The position numbers and the translations under genes are program-made. Of a DNA stretch of 64,000 bases, positions 44,150-63,993 are shown one piece after another. A model generated the notes under the pieces. That model was not told the origin of the DNA. It saw only the letters and a list, made by a program, of their open reading frames with translations, and searched no databases. The stretch spans positions 20,725,365 to 20,789,364 of the forward strand of contig NC_092678.1 of the NCBI RefSeq assembly GCF_964355755.1. Reading direction: 5' to 3'. Position 1 is the stretch's first letter, and every line of letters starts with the position of its first letter. This stretch comes from Antedon mediterranea. Its lineage: Eukaryota; Animalia; Echinodermata.

Positions 44150-47009
44150 GAATAATGACAAGTTGATAACATTGCTTTGACAGAGATTCTACCAAAGAAG
44201 TACTTTTTTTAATTGTCTATAGAAGAGTCCCTGGTTTTCAGATGTTTTTGCCAAATGAAAAGCTTTCATCTGGTAGAGGAGTTGTTATTTATGTTCGAAA
44301 TGGGATGTCTGCCACTCCTGTTTTGTTTAAAGATATTTTGTTTGAGGAATCCATGTTTGTTGAGATTAGAGTCAAAGATCGCACCTTTTTAATTGGATGT
44401 GTGTATAGAAGTGACGCCGGATCTAGTGTCAATAATTCTGCTTGTGTTCTCTGTTTAGAAAAGTGGCATCCTTTTCTTGTTCTGATTTTATTATAGTTGG
44501 AGATTTCAATTATAGGAGTATTAATTGCGAGCTAGGATATGTGACTGGTGAAGATGGTAAAAATAGTCATAATTTTTTCGACACCATTAATGACTTATTT
44601 TAGCACAGCATGTACGAGACCCAACCCGTTACAGAATAGGAGAACAGGCCAATGTTCTGGACCTGGTACTTACATCTAATGAGGATTCTATTAGTGAGGT
44701 CCTTCAAGCTCCACCATTAGGTAAGAGTGATCATATGGTACTTCGATTTAAAATTCCAGTTAATATAATCAAAGATGAGGTGGTAGAGGTCAGAAATTAT
44801 TTCCATGCTGATTATGATAAGTTTCGTGGTTTTCTTGATGGTGTCGATTGGGACACTGAGTTATTGGATAAGGACGGGTTACACTCGCACAGTTCTTTTG
44901 ATGAGATCTTATCTAGAGGTATGGAACAGTTTGTTCCAAAGTGTAAGAAACACTTGTCTGGAAATTTTAAGAGACCTTTGTGGTTTACTAAGGAGGTTGA
45001 TAAGTCTATTAAACAGAAGAATAAATGCTGGAAACAGTATATCAAAGCAAAACGTAAAGGGCATGACTGTGCTAGTGTCAAATGGAACACATTTATTAGA
45101 GTAAGGAATGATACTGTCAATTTGATTAAGAGTTCTAAAAGCATCTTCGAAAATAAGATTGCAAATGAGGTTAAAGTCAATGAAAAGTCTTTTGGCGCTA
45201 TGTAAATTCTCAGTTAAACACCAGATCTGGTATTCCTACTCTTAGAAATGTTGAAGGTAAACTTGTTGTAGATGACCAAGATAAAGCCGAGTCTTTTAAT
45301 TCTTTTTTTAGCAGTGTCTTTTGTAAGGAGAACTTATCGAATGTTCCGAATCTTGATAAAAAGATTGAGGCTTCTTTGTCAGATATTGAGTTTAATGTAG
45401 AAGATATTCATAAGCTGTTGTCTAACTTAGTTATAGATAAGTCAGCTGGCCCTGATGGCTTTCACCCACGGGTTTTGATTGAATTAAAGGATCAAATTGC
45501 TTACCCTATCAGTCTAATATTCACTAGATTATTCAATGATCAGAAGGTCCCTCTATCGTGGAAGGAGGCAATTGTAATACCTATATTTAAAAAGGCAAAA
45601 AGGAGGACCCGGCTAACTACAGACCGGTTAGTTTAACGTCGGTCATAGGGAAAATGATGGAAAGGATTATTAGAGATAAACTCGTAATGACGTATCTTGA
45701 GAGTACGGTAATGGTCTTTTGTGCAATGAGCAATTTGGATTCAGACAAGGTAGATCATGTGCATTACAACTACTTGATGTCCTGGAGAGTTGGACTACTA
45801 ACCTGGATAACCATGATAGCTTTGATTGTGTCTATTTAGACTATAAAAAGGCCTTTGATAGTGTGCCACACCAAAGGCTTCTAGTAAAATTGAAAGGTTT
45901 TGGTATTACGGGAAATCTACTAGGTGGGTTCTCTAATTATTTGTCAAATAAAACACAACGAGTTAGTGTCAATGGTCAATTATCATCACAGGCTCCAGTA
46001 TTAAGTGGAATTCCACAGGGTAGCGTTGTGGGCCCAATCTTATTTTCAATCTTCATTAACGATTTACCTGATGTTGTCGAATCTAGTATACGTTTATTTG
46101 CAGACGACACCAAGTTGTATAGAGTGGTCAATAACATTGATGATGCGGATTTATTTCAGAGAGACATTGACAGTGCTTCCCATTGGTCTAATGTTTGGCA
46201 ATTGCCATTTAATGACACTAAGTGTAAGGTATTTCATTATGGTCGTGATAATCCCAATTTCTTGTATTCAATGGCTGGTAATTTACTACATGAGGTAAAG
46301 CAGGAGAAAGATCTAGGTGTTACCTTTGATCCTAGTTTAATCTTTAATTTGCATGTAGGGGATATTTGTAAAAGAGCTAATAAGAAACTAGAAATGATTT
46401 ATAGATCTTTTAAATTCTTGAATAAAGATGGATTTTTGAAGCTGTATAAGTCTATTGTCAGGCCAACGCTTGAATATTGTAACACTGTTTATAATCCTAT
46501 TAGAAAACGAGATCAGGATGAAATAGAGAAGGTCCAGCAAAGAGCAACAAGATTGATTCCTAGGTACCGTAATATTCCTTATGAACAACGTTTGAGAATT
46601 CTTGGTCTTCCTACCATGAGATATCGAAGGCAGAGAGCGGATATCATCCAAGTTTTTAGGATTGTTAAAGGTTTCGATTCGTATTTCGATCAACACATTT
46701 TTTGAATTTGATCTAGAATCTCGGACCCGTGGACACCCATAAACTCAAGTTTAAAAGCTCTCGTCTTAATATTAGGAGGGACACGTTCTCCAGGAGAGTT
46801 ATTCTCTTATGGAATGCTCTGCCTGCGGATGTAGTTTCATGCGCTACGGTGAACTTGTTCAAAGCAAAACTTAACGTCGCATGGTCTAACCACCCGCTGA
46901 AGTTTTCACCCTATATAGAATATGATTTTATTGCTAAGAGGGGCTTTTAAGCACTGAGTGCTTCGCCTCGATCCCGTAGACGAAAGTGTACGGGAAACAA
47001 GTAAGTAAG
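44150..47009 (+). mobile_element. Decayed CR1-clade LINE ORF2 (APE endonuclease plus reverse transcriptase), frameshifted and with stops
   Basis: IALTEILPK, GRGVVIYVR, IGCVYRS, VGDFNY, LGKSDH (endonuclease); KSAGPDG, QFGFRQGRSC, YLDYKKAFDSVPH, GIPQGSVVGP, LFADDTK, EKDLGV, RPTLEYC (RT); tail (AAGT)n at about 46998-47009. Confidence 0.95.
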
Positions 47010-47419
47010 ACAAATTCATACACCACACTATAATATAAGTAGGCCTAGGCTATTAGTACGTCGGCTTCGTCATATCTCGGTGGCAAAAAAAAAGCCCGCG
47101 GCGCACAGTCGTGGGTAATGATGAATACGGATTGCTTCTGATTTGTGATCAGCCGACTGTAGCTTACAATAGGCCTAATTATTTATGTGGTATACACACC
47201 ATAAACAAAACTCAACAAATCTTAAATTGATTATTTTATGATCACTTAAAAAAACTATAAAGTATATATTACTAATTAGGAGGCATACCATATTAGTTAG
47301 AATATTGTTGCTGTTTCTGGAATTAAAGACCGCCGATTCGGCTTAATAATACAGTGTTTAGTAAAAATAACATTTTAACACACATGGCGTGTCATACATA
47401 TTCAAGAATAATTACAATT

Positions 47420-47529
47420 CTGGCGGCCGAAATGAACAATACATATTTTGTCTTTTTTGGCGTTTCATGAATTTGGCAATTCCATAACCGGCGGCCGAAA
47501 TGACTGGCGGCCGAAATGATCAGACACCG
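47420..47529 (-). mobile_element. Possible DNA-transposon end with subterminal repeats
   Basis: GGCGGCCGAAATGA three times, ending in ...TCAGACACC; no matching other end seen. Confidence 0.35.
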
Positions 47530-48053
47530 CCTAGCTAGGCCTAGCCGCTAGACCATCCGGACAATGATGGGGCCTACCTACCTGTCAGTGTCAGTTGTAA
47601 CTTCAATTTTCAGTAAAAAAAGGCCTCCAATAAATATTCCTTCAAATCAGTAGATTTTAATGCATCTAGACAGCCATTTACCTTTTTTTGGTGATACTAC
47701 TGACAGATATAAGTAACACGTCAAGTGAATATCTTTTGTGTTTCCCTCATTTTTTCCTTCATTCAATTGATTTTTAAATTGTGAGCGCGCATATTATGAT
47801 GTTGAGCCAAAAAACATCAGCAGTTAAGCGCCCTCTATCACCTACAGCGTACACATGGTGGTGGCGCTATGTCGAGCGACGCGCGAGAAATGGGGCTAGC
47901 CTAAATGTTGGTCCAATAGTTGAATTTTTTAGTAATTTATAACAATACTTGTGTTTTAAGTTGGTTAGGTACGTGTAAACAGTATGCAGCGAAGTAGTAG
48001 TGGGTAGGTATTAAAAATCAAGTAAATTATAACGTATCGTAGTACGACATAAA

Positions 48054-49836
48054 ATGGATAGGTTAGGCGGCAGTACTGAGTAGGCTGGCCAGTGGCCAGG
48101 CCTAAATATTACTCTTAGGCTAGGGCCTAGGCCCAGGGAATAATTTCGCCAGTGTAGCATAGCAAAAAGCTATACAAAACAACCTTATTGCTACACATTT
48201 CTACAATTGTGTAGTAAAAAATACAAAACAAAACTATATTTCTCGACTCAAAAATCAGTTTGATTAACAATAATAATATTGCTAAACAAAATATTAAAAT
48301 GAAATTCTTCCCTGTACTGTAGGCCCTAGCCTTTAATAATAGTCCCGGCCTAACTAGCTAGTCCTCGTGTAGGCTAGCTGAAGCTCTGGATAAGTTGGTA
48401 TGTGAGGTAGTTGTTTTTCAGTCGTTTCGTCCCTATTAGTATTACAGTACATAAAAAGGACGAAATGCATTGTATTGGTAGGTCTATTATGTGTCAACTA
48501 TCATGTGCAATTAATTTACTTTCTTCGTATGTTTCCTTATTAAATTTTTTTTTTAGCTTTTAATTAATATTTTTTATTATTAATTAAAAATCATATATAT
48601 AGGCCTATACTGTAATTAATATTATTGTTTCTTGTTTACCTACTCCACTCCTAAATCATAGTGTTCTTTTTGAAAGATCAGCAACTTTTAATTTTAAACA
48701 ATTTAATTTTAGACAATTTTGCAACCAATACGACTTAAATTTTGTTTAAAAATTCAAAAACTGTTATTTATTGTCCAATATAGGCCTAAAATAAAATTGG
48801 AAGTTTTGTTGTTTGATCAAGTTTTTGTTTTTGTACTAGCCCTGGATACATTATTAAGTAGGCCAGGCAGAGTGCTAGGTCTGATTATAGTATACCAAAT
48901 TATTGTTTTTGATTTAGAAGAATTAAGCGTAGTCTACGTGCATTAGATGAAGGAACGTGGGATTGCAGTGTGTGCACCTACAAAAACACACCTGAGGCTT
49001 TCAAATGCGAGATGTGTGATGTACGCAAAGGAACTTCAACAAGGTAACTACAGTATTTAAATATAAAGCCTATACTGTACTTAAAAACATAGATCTTGTG
49101 ATACAGGAATACATAAGTAGATTAAGAAAGTAAATTTCATGTTTTTATTTTACAGAAAGCCACGATTAAACCCACAGTTGGTTGCTCAACAGCAAGCTCA
49201 ACAAGCACTAGCTCAGCCACCACCACCTGTTAAACAAAACAGTAAAAAAGAACACAAAAGGAAATATAGGTAGTCTATTTATGCTTTAGTATAAACTTTG
49301 CAAGAATGAATGTAGCTGATGAATATGTACTGCAATTATACTATATAGCATTTGTAACAAAATTGTTTAAAGGTTTGCATGGAGAATTGAGTAAACACTA
49401 GTATAGTTACCTTGCGGTACCAAAAGGGATTCTGCAGTAAGATTGAGAAAATCTATGCTTCAGAAGAAAAAACTGAAATTCAGAAGACTACTCAGCGTAA
49501 AAAGTTAAAATAATAATACCTTTGGAAACACATGGCATACAGCTAACCTAACTTTACTAAGTAACAATACTTTTACTAAATATTTTCTCTTATTTTTTTC
49601 TTTTAACATAAAAAATGTTACTATTACATACGTTTTCGTGTTTCAGACCAAGGTTAAAAAATGTTGACAGAAATTCAGCGATAACAACAGAAGTAACCGT
49701 CAACGATATTCCCATTGTGATAACAGAATACAAAGAGAAGGTTCATCCGAGGTCGTCCACAACCACGGAGTGTAGTAGCAGTAGCCAAGGCAGCATTGAT
49801 ATAAATCATACAAATAATCATTTGAATAAACTCTGA
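48054..49836 (+). CDS. RYBP: RING1 and YY1-binding protein / YAF2 orthologue, 4 exons, 145 aa
   Basis: Exons 48054-48061, 48918-49043, 49156-49269, 49647-49836; RanBP2-type finger [32 protein letters not shown] and C-terminal RPRLKNVDR...[16 protein letters not shown]. Confidence 0.93.
48134..48314. mobile_element. MITE with CAGGG termini (hAT-like), copy 2, in RYBP intron 1
   Basis: CAGGGAATAATTTC...GAAATTCTTCCCTG; interior matches 28044-28218. Confidence 0.75.
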
Positions 49837-50387
49837 TTCTTATGTTAGGTAAATTTTTTTTTTAGTCAAATAAGTGGGGTCATATCAATGTTGCAGGGGT
49901 TTTAAACCTTTTAAACTTTCAGCAAAGACATAACAATATACTGTATTTGGTAAACCCAGTACTAAGTGGGACCTCTATAATTGGCAACACCTAGTCAAAA
50001 TCATGTATGTAATCATTTCTGTTATTTTTGCATGGCAAATATATCTTTGAGTGACTGTAAGTAGAATATTTAATCGATATTTTTTATTTTGTACATAATT
50101 AATCATTTTTATTATAATTTATGAATTTCTTTTACAAAGCTAAATGTCATAATGCTAAAATTGTATTTAAAATGTTTATACAGTATAATAAAAAATTAGT
50201 TCATATACATATGCTATACATAATTATGGAAATTTGAATAATCAATTCATACATAATTTAGTTTATATTTTCATCATTATCTATTGCTTGGAATTTGAAA
50301 CTATGTATTTAAAGTTAGTATTTTATGTTATAAATATAGCAGAGAAATAAATAGTGTGTTCTTTATATATTGTGCATTTGACTGTCC

Positions 50388-50460
50388 AGCTCGCTATGTC
50401 AGTCGGTAAACACTAACTCAAATTTGAGCACATGACTGCAGCTATGTATATGACCTTGTT
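50388..50460 (+). mobile_element. Helentron/HINE-like short element (partial)
   Basis: CTATGTCAGTCGGTAAACACTAACTCAAATTTGAGCAC...GACCTTGTT. Confidence 0.6.
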
Positions 50461-50637
50461 CACAAACATCTTACTTTGAAAAGCGTTGAAATACTATGGC
50501 CAATATTACCTTGCCGAAATTGCAACCTTCACTGACCAGCTATGATTATGGGATCTTGTTTATAAATAAGCTACTGTGGAATTGTTGGAAGTACATTCAA
50601 ATTAAAAAAGCTCTTTTACTGTGTGTGATAATGCCTG

Positions 50638-52445
50638 TTACCGGTCATATTTTTCAACTTTCTTTCCACAATTGTCAATAACAAATGTATTTTCACCTGT
50701 ATGTAGCCTTAGATGTACTTTCAAAGAACTGTTCTGACTGAACACCTTACAACAATGTTCACATTTGTAAGGCTTTTCCCCAGTATGTGTTCTTAAGTGA
50801 GATTTCAAAGTACCCTGTTCCTTAAACTTCTTCCCACAATGCTCGCACACAAATGGCATCACATCCGTGTGTAGCCTTAGATGTACGTTTAAAGAACTAC
50901 TTTGACTAAATGACTTATCACAATGTCCACATTTGTAAGGCTTTTCTCCAGTGTGTGTTCTCAAATGTGATTTCAATGTACCGTGTTCCTTAAATTTCTT
51001 CCCACAATGCTCGCACACAAACGGCATCTCACCTGTGTGTGACCTTAGATGTATTTTTAAAGATATGCCTTGGATAAAACATTTATCACAAAGTTTGCAT
51101 TTGTAAGGCTTTTCTCCCGTGTGCAACCTCATATGTACTTTTAAAGAATTACTGCGACTAAACAACTTTTCGCAATGTTCACATTTGTAAGGTTTTTCTC
51201 CAGTATGTGTTCTTAAATGCGATTTTAAAGTACCACGTTCGTTGAATTTCCTTCCACAATGGTCACATTCATAAGGCATCTCCCCTGTGTGTAACCTCAG
51301 ATGTACATTTAGGTGACTGCTGTTCCTAAATTTCTTGCCACAATGTGTACATTCATTTCTTTTCTCACGTTTACGCATCTTCAACTGCTTTTTCAAAGTT
51401 GGTGAACTTTTACTACATTTCTGTCCACAATGTTCACAAACTTCAGTGTGCGATTGTTCTTGGTTTTCCAAGTCATTATCTCGTTTATTGCATTTCTTTC
51501 CACAATGTTCACATGTAAATTGGATCTTATCTATGTGTAAACGCATATGTACTCTTAAAGCATTGTTTTGACTGAACGTCTTATCACAATGCCCACATTT
51601 GTAAGGTTTCTCACCGGTATGTAAACGCAGATGAACCTTTAAAGAACTTCTTCTACTAAACACCTTTTCACACTGTTCACACTGGTAAGGCTTTTCTCCA
51701 GTGTGGGTCCTTAAATGAGATTTTAATGTGCCATGTTCGTTAAATTTCTTTCCGCAATGGTCACATACAAATGGTCTCTCACCTGTGTGTGATCTTAGAT
51801 GCACTTTTAAAGAACTGTTCTGAATAAACGCCCTTTCACAATGTTCACATTTGTAAGGTTTCTCTCCCGTGTGTAGCCTCAGATGTACCTTTAAAGAACT
51901 TCTTCGACTAAATGTTCTGTCACACTGTTCACACTTATAAGGCTTCTCTCCTGTATGTGTCCTACGATGCCTCTCCAAGTTTCCACGTTGGTTAAATTCT
52001 TTTCCACAATATTCACATTCGTAACACGATTTTCCTGTGTGTGTTTTTAAATGAATTTCCAATTCATTGTCAAAAGAAAATTGCTCTTCACAGTGTTGGC
52101 ATGTATATGGTGCATTTTCTGTATGTTTACTAATATGATTTTTCAAATCATTTTTATTGTCAAACGTCTGACCACACTGTTCACACTGAACTATTTCTCT
52201 CTTTATATGTATCTCTAAATGTATTTGTAGATCATTTAGCTCAAACAGTTCATCACAATGCTCACATTTCTGTTTTTCTTCTGGATATTTTACAGTTTCT
52301 GAATATTCCTTCAACCTCTGGTCAGACTGACCATCACTGAATTTTGACCTCTGGTCAGACTGATCATCACTACTTTCAGCACTTACAATTTTTCTCAACT
52401 CTTCTACATTCACCATGACATCAGAAGTTTGAATATCATTGACCT
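50638..52445 (-). CDS. Multi-C2H2 zinc-finger protein, main exon (17 intact plus 2 degenerate fingers)
   Basis: CxxC-x12-HxxxH repeats with TGEKPY linkers; probable acceptor TTTCTTATAG|AGGTC at 52446/52445; upstream exon(s) not resolved. Confidence 0.92.
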
Positions 52446-53639
52446 CTATAAGAAATAATAGCACAATTGCTTTTAAAATGTTCGTATAATGGTGTTCTAT
52501 GTTTAACAATAGGAATTTAATATTGTAAGGACTTTGGCTGGTTTGATCATGGTGAGACCTTATAAGGTAGGTGGAACCAAGGCAATCTAACAGGACACTG
52601 AGCTCACCTTGCCAATATAGGAACTCATAACACTACAGTCCTTTGATCTTATGTCTGGCTGCGACAAATACCAACAGTACTGTACAAACGTTGCGTGCAG
52701 TGTCTGGATGTAGAACTGATCATGTCGCAGCCACAGATAAACCCTTTGATCTCTGGAGCTCAATCATGTTGTTAGATTACCTTGACTGCTATAGGGCATG
52801 CAGAAAACCAACTGAACTAACCTTTTTCAGTCGCATGTTCATGAATATTATCCATCATACTGTATATTCATAGATTGTATGTATATACCATTATTATAAT
52901 TTATATTATACTTGATGTTGAGACTTAATGCGTTTCTATATTACTGTATTATTTTGTCTACTATAGGTGGCAAGCTTGCAGAAAGAAGTAGTATTTATTC
53001 CAGACGTATAGCTTGGTATTTTATTTACCTGCCAGAAAAAAAACGTTAAAAAAAATGTAATGTAATTTTTAAACCAGCATACAAGCCCGACTACCAACCC
53101 CACCATCTAGTAGTACAGTAGTATTCTTACCAGGAAAGAACATAGATAATTAATCATCATTTATCATTATTATAATTATGAATTATAATACCTAGGCCTA
53201 GCTAGGTGGCTGATCTTCACTTAATTAGCGATATAAATGTTGCATTATTATTAATAATCTCTACTCCTAACTACGGCTACACTGCCCTGAGCATCATCTC
53301 AGAGTCTTTAGTAGGCCTCTCTCCTGAATTTGAAACTATAGCTCTAGCTAGCTAGGATGTAGCTTAGTAAAAGCATGATCAAACCAGCCAAATGTGCCTA
53401 GCCTAGTAAAACTAGCCTAGACCTGGCCGGGCCCACTAGGCCTAGGCCCTAGTTTAGACTCAGCAGATGCCAGAGTGTGGGCTAGATGCCTATTTATTTT
53501 TAAAAGACAGGCCCTACACAGTCAGTAGCCTATCTGCCCTAACTTACTAGGTAGGCCTAGCCTAAGGAACGGCAGCAAATGTTAAGTATTAAAAACAGAC
53601 TTTTTATTTGTACAATAGTACCTAATTTTGGCCTAGGCC

Positions 53640-53940
53640 TACTAATACGCTATAGTTTTTAGTGTGCATGCTCTACTACTGAGTACAGTACTTTTTTCCC
53701 CGCGAACTTCGACCCTAAACTACACTATCTTTGCTCTGCATGCTTCGACCAACGAATAAAGGTAGAGGGCGCTCTCGCTGAATTTCATTCATGTGGCGCA
53801 ATCCAGTGTATCTACAGTGCTGTTTGTTATATAAGTACAAAATATCTTGTATTTCATAATTCTGAATGTACTAAAATTACCAAGAACAGTGAACTTTTGT
53901 TCATAAATTTGCCATCCAGTAAGTCAACAAATTGTGAGTA
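53640..53940. promoter_or_regulatory. Probable bidirectional promoter between the zinc-finger gene (-) and RTCB (+)
   Basis: Head-to-head orientation, local CpG enrichment, TAGAGGGCGCT motif, candidate RTCB 5'UTR donor AAATT|GTGAGT near 53933. Confidence 0.45.
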
Positions 53941-54245
53941 TTCAGGATATTACAACAAATAATTAAATTATTTGTTGTAAAAATGATATGTTGTGACACA
54001 CTGTTGTATGATTATTATTATACTTACTAGTTTATAGAGTATGATATGAGGGCACAAGGGCTGCAAAACTGCTAAATAAAAGAATTATTTAATATATATA
54101 TTGGTTAATTTGTATACATATATTTTTATTCTTTGACCACATACAAGTACAATACCATTAATTGTGGGTGCCTACTCTACTCTAGATTAATTAAGACTAC
54201 TACTAGTAGTACTACTACTTTCAAGAAGTCTAAACATTGTGCAAG

Positions 54246-60572
<6,327 letters not shown>

Positions 60573-61485
60573 AGTGCGAAAATCCTCTGGGGAAACTCTG
60601 AGAGTTGCTGCAGCTCAAGGAGTCCAAATTCAGAATAATGATGTACTGTTTGTAGAACAAACAGCAGTATTGGCTGAAGGTGCTGTCCTCTACTCTTTCT
60701 AGAATATTTCATAAGTAACAGTAATACTCTGGAAATCGACAAAGCTATAGTAAACACATTTTACTGCAATAACTATATTCTTTACTTCAATAACATATTC
60801 CTTGCTAAATAATTTCATAAACAGCAGTAAACAAAATACTGTACAATTACTGAAGTAACTGCAGTATAATAATTTGACATGCTTTGAAACTTAACCTCCT
60901 TTATATAATATGAAAAAATTCATCTTCAATTTTATTACAATATACAGAAAATTAAATGTTTTTTATTTTAAAAAATGCATATGGTACGCAAAAGAAATCA
61001 TATTTACAAACTTTCACAACATAATATCTTCATTTTCATGGATCACATCTTATAGTCATGAGAGGTGTATCCAGGATTTTTAAAGAGGGATGGGGAAATG
61101 GAAAAGCTCAGGGCCTAAAAATTGTAAAAGGAAGTGCTGCATTTATTATTTTATCTTTTTGCATTTAAAAATGTAGTTAGAGGGGTGTGAAGAGGTGGTG
61201 AAATCAATGGTTCATTCCCACAAATAATGGTTGAGACAGATTTTTTTTTGCAATTGCAAACCTCCATAGCATGTATGTTTTCCATTAAATACAGTAGAGC
61301 ATTGGTTTTTTCTTGAAAATGTCTACTAATGATATTACAATCCTGTGAGTATCGTGTTTCCTACTTTTTAGCATCGATGCCGGAGGGCCAGTTTTGATGT
61401 CATGCTACAATATCAGAAATTACTGAATCGTAAATACAATGTCAGCTTATTGTATCTACCACAATGCATTACATCCCATGCTTAA

Positions 61486-61807
61486 AGATGTATTGTCCCC
61501 CAAAAAATGAAGATTAATAAAATCATACTTTGAATAGGTTATTTTGTAAATTTAATAAAGTCAATCACTTCTGTCATTAACTTATATAGAAAGAAAGTAA
61601 ATGGGGAACAAATAATATTTTCACTTAAAAAAGTCAAAATAGATAGTTAAATTCAATCAAAAACGTGTCGTTGGAAATTTAACTATTTTTGCTTTAAATT
61701 ACAGGTAAATCATTTATTTTTAGATCTAATTTTTTCTCAAAATTAATAACTTTGTAACATTAAAATTAAAATTGTTAGAAAATTATTTTTCAGGGGGGAC
61801 AATACAT
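61486..61807. mobile_element. Kolobok-like MITE, copy 3
   Basis: TTAA|AGATGTATTGTCCCCC...GGGGGACAATACAT. Confidence 0.8.
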
Positions 61808-62461
61808 ATAATAATATAATATATAATGTAACATTTCATGACACACTGTATATAAGTGCAAAAATTCCATATAGATATGTATTTTACTTTGGTAATTGAA
61901 ACCATAGAAAAAAGAATTTGTTGAAACTAATCAAAGGACCTTTCAGTTTTCATGAAAAAAAATCATATATTGTTCATCAACATTTTCAGTAATTGCTTTT
62001 TTAAAAAATGGTATATTTGAGAAATCCCTTTGAATATTTTTGGTTTAATTAAGGGAAAGTCCCTAAACTTCTATCTAAAAGAATTATTTTTGAAACTATT
62101 AATTTGTGTAAGTTTGTAAAAATGTAATATATTTATTTGAAGACTGCAGGTTTTATCTTGTGAATTACATTAAATTAAATGAGGAATAATTTAAAGAAAT
62201 ACTTAATTACACTATAACCACTGCCTAATAAAAAGTAAAATTTTGATTGAAAGATTATGGTTTTCCTAATATTATCCTTGCTTTACAATAATTATTAAGA
62301 AATTATAGTTACCGTAGGAATCGGTAGAGGGTACTGCTGAAGTGAGAAAATTCAGTGAAGTGGGAAAATCCAGATAGGTGGGAATTTCCAGAGAGGTGGG
62401 AATTCTACTAATGTATGTAGTGGGTCATTTGAACCAATGCAACAATAACATTTGGTTAAAT

Positions 62462-62690
62462 TAGAGTATAACCCCTCCGTCAGAACACCCTATTAAAGGA
62501 GCACTTTCCGGTGAAAGGAATAAGGCAATATATGTTTTAACACAATGGCCAACCTCTATTTAGGGACCACATTCCTGTGAACGAGTTGCTATATGTTTTA
62601 AAACTATGGCCAGTCCTTATTTAGGTATCAGTACCCCTATTGAAGGTACACTTTGATCCTGAAAGTGTCCCTATAATAGAGGTTCTACTG
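62462..62690. mobile_element. Decayed Tc1/mariner (pogo/Tigger)-like MITE
   Basis: Right end GTGTCCCTATAATAGAGGTTCTACTG, internal ACCTCTATTTAGGGAC repeats. Confidence 0.45.
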
Positions 62691-63489
62691 GTTTTTTTTC
62701 TGTGATTAAGCTGACTTGGTTTATCTAATCGTTGATTCATATAAACCATTCACGACAATCCATGCATTGTTATAAATTCCTTTGTTATGTATAGCTGATA
62801 TTCACACACTCATACTTTGTACAAAGATATCTGAGCATTTTAGTTAATGTTTAATTCAATATCATTAGTTATATTCAAAAATAAATTATTCTTTGTATTT
62901 TTTAATATTCTAATAATTTCTAAAGCAGTTTCCATAGAGATCAAAGCACTAGGTATAATTCATTTATTATTTGTGGAAAATGTGTACATTTCACTATTAA
63001 ATAAATAGGGTATCCTAGGCCCTATAATCTAACATTTTTTATGGACCCAAAGTCATCAGCGTCTATATTGATGTTTAAAATAATATTTGTTTTTTAATTT
63101 AATATTATTCAAATTATTTTTGCCTTTTTTTAAATGTATGTTTACCATAGAAAGATCTTTTTATGAGAATTTTATTTTATAGTTTGTAAACAGAAATATA
63201 AACACTTTTTATGTAAACAGCTATTTTAAACATTTTATTACTCTTCAGCAAATATAAATAATATTCTGTTGGACGGAAGAATATAGTACAAAATAATAAT
63301 CCTATACATATTATTTTTTTATTTTAGACGGCATTATATACTTAACATGATTACTATATAAATATATTTTGGTAATCAAACTTCTATAAGGAGGTTTGGT
63401 GTTTTTTTTATCTTGTATGCAAATAAAACTGATGAAATAAGCATTATAAAAAGGGGCCATTTGATGTGTTAAAAGTTAAATATAAAACT

Positions 63490-63993
63490 TTACAAGGATT
63501 CATTTGCCAGAACTGGCTTCCACATATTGGTGCTGCCATGAGAGAATCCTTCAGGCCCCTCGAATGTATCAAGTGTTGGTTTATACTCTGTAAGAGCTGC
63601 CAAACTTAATGGCTCCCATGGCTCGCTGACTCTTCCTTTAGCAAGTCTTAATGACGGTGCAGTCAAAGATCGTCTTTTTTGTTTCTCTTTCGGTGGCCTT
63701 TTCTCTGTAGTGGATTTTTCACGCAGCATAGACCTCCGTTTACTTAGCAGTATTATCTCATTTTCTTCTGGATTTTCTGGTGGATTATTTTGTTTGGAAG
63801 CCCAGAATTGGCCATCACAAGTAGCGTCAGCTTCAGTTAAGAATGATAGTTTTGCGGTTTTCTTTGAGGTGAGGTGTTTACTATTAGTTCTTCCTGGTGT
63901 AGGTTCTCTGCTATCATGCAGTTCATCTTCTGCTGGAGTGACCTCCTTGTTTGTTAACCACTTGTGGTAAGCAGGCACATCAACAGCATCTTC
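63490..63993 (-). CDS. Terminal coding exon of a gene entering from beyond the window; C-terminus resembles TSGA13
   Basis: Acceptor TTCTAG|GAAGAT at 63994/63993 in frame with the 162-aa ORF; ends EPWEPLSLAALTEYKPTL...GPEGFSHGSTNMW, recalling the EPLTLASL...PG...F.NG...W tail of TSGA13 (from memory). Confidence 0.6.
   Translation of the reverse strand, partial: EDAVDVPAYHKWLTNKEVTPAEDELHDSREPTPGRTNSKHLTSKKTAKLSFLTEADATCDGQFWASKQNNPPENPEENEIILLSKRRSMLREKSTTEKRPPKEKQKRRSLTAPSLRLAKGRVSEPWEPLSLAALTEYKPTLDTFEGPEGFSHGSTNMWKPVLANESL

Noticed and set aside
52446-52509. N-terminal hydrophobic segment of the 623-aa zinc-finger ORF as a signal peptide
   Set aside because: Starts at a non-ATG codon and reads through a pyrimidine-rich splice acceptor; intronic
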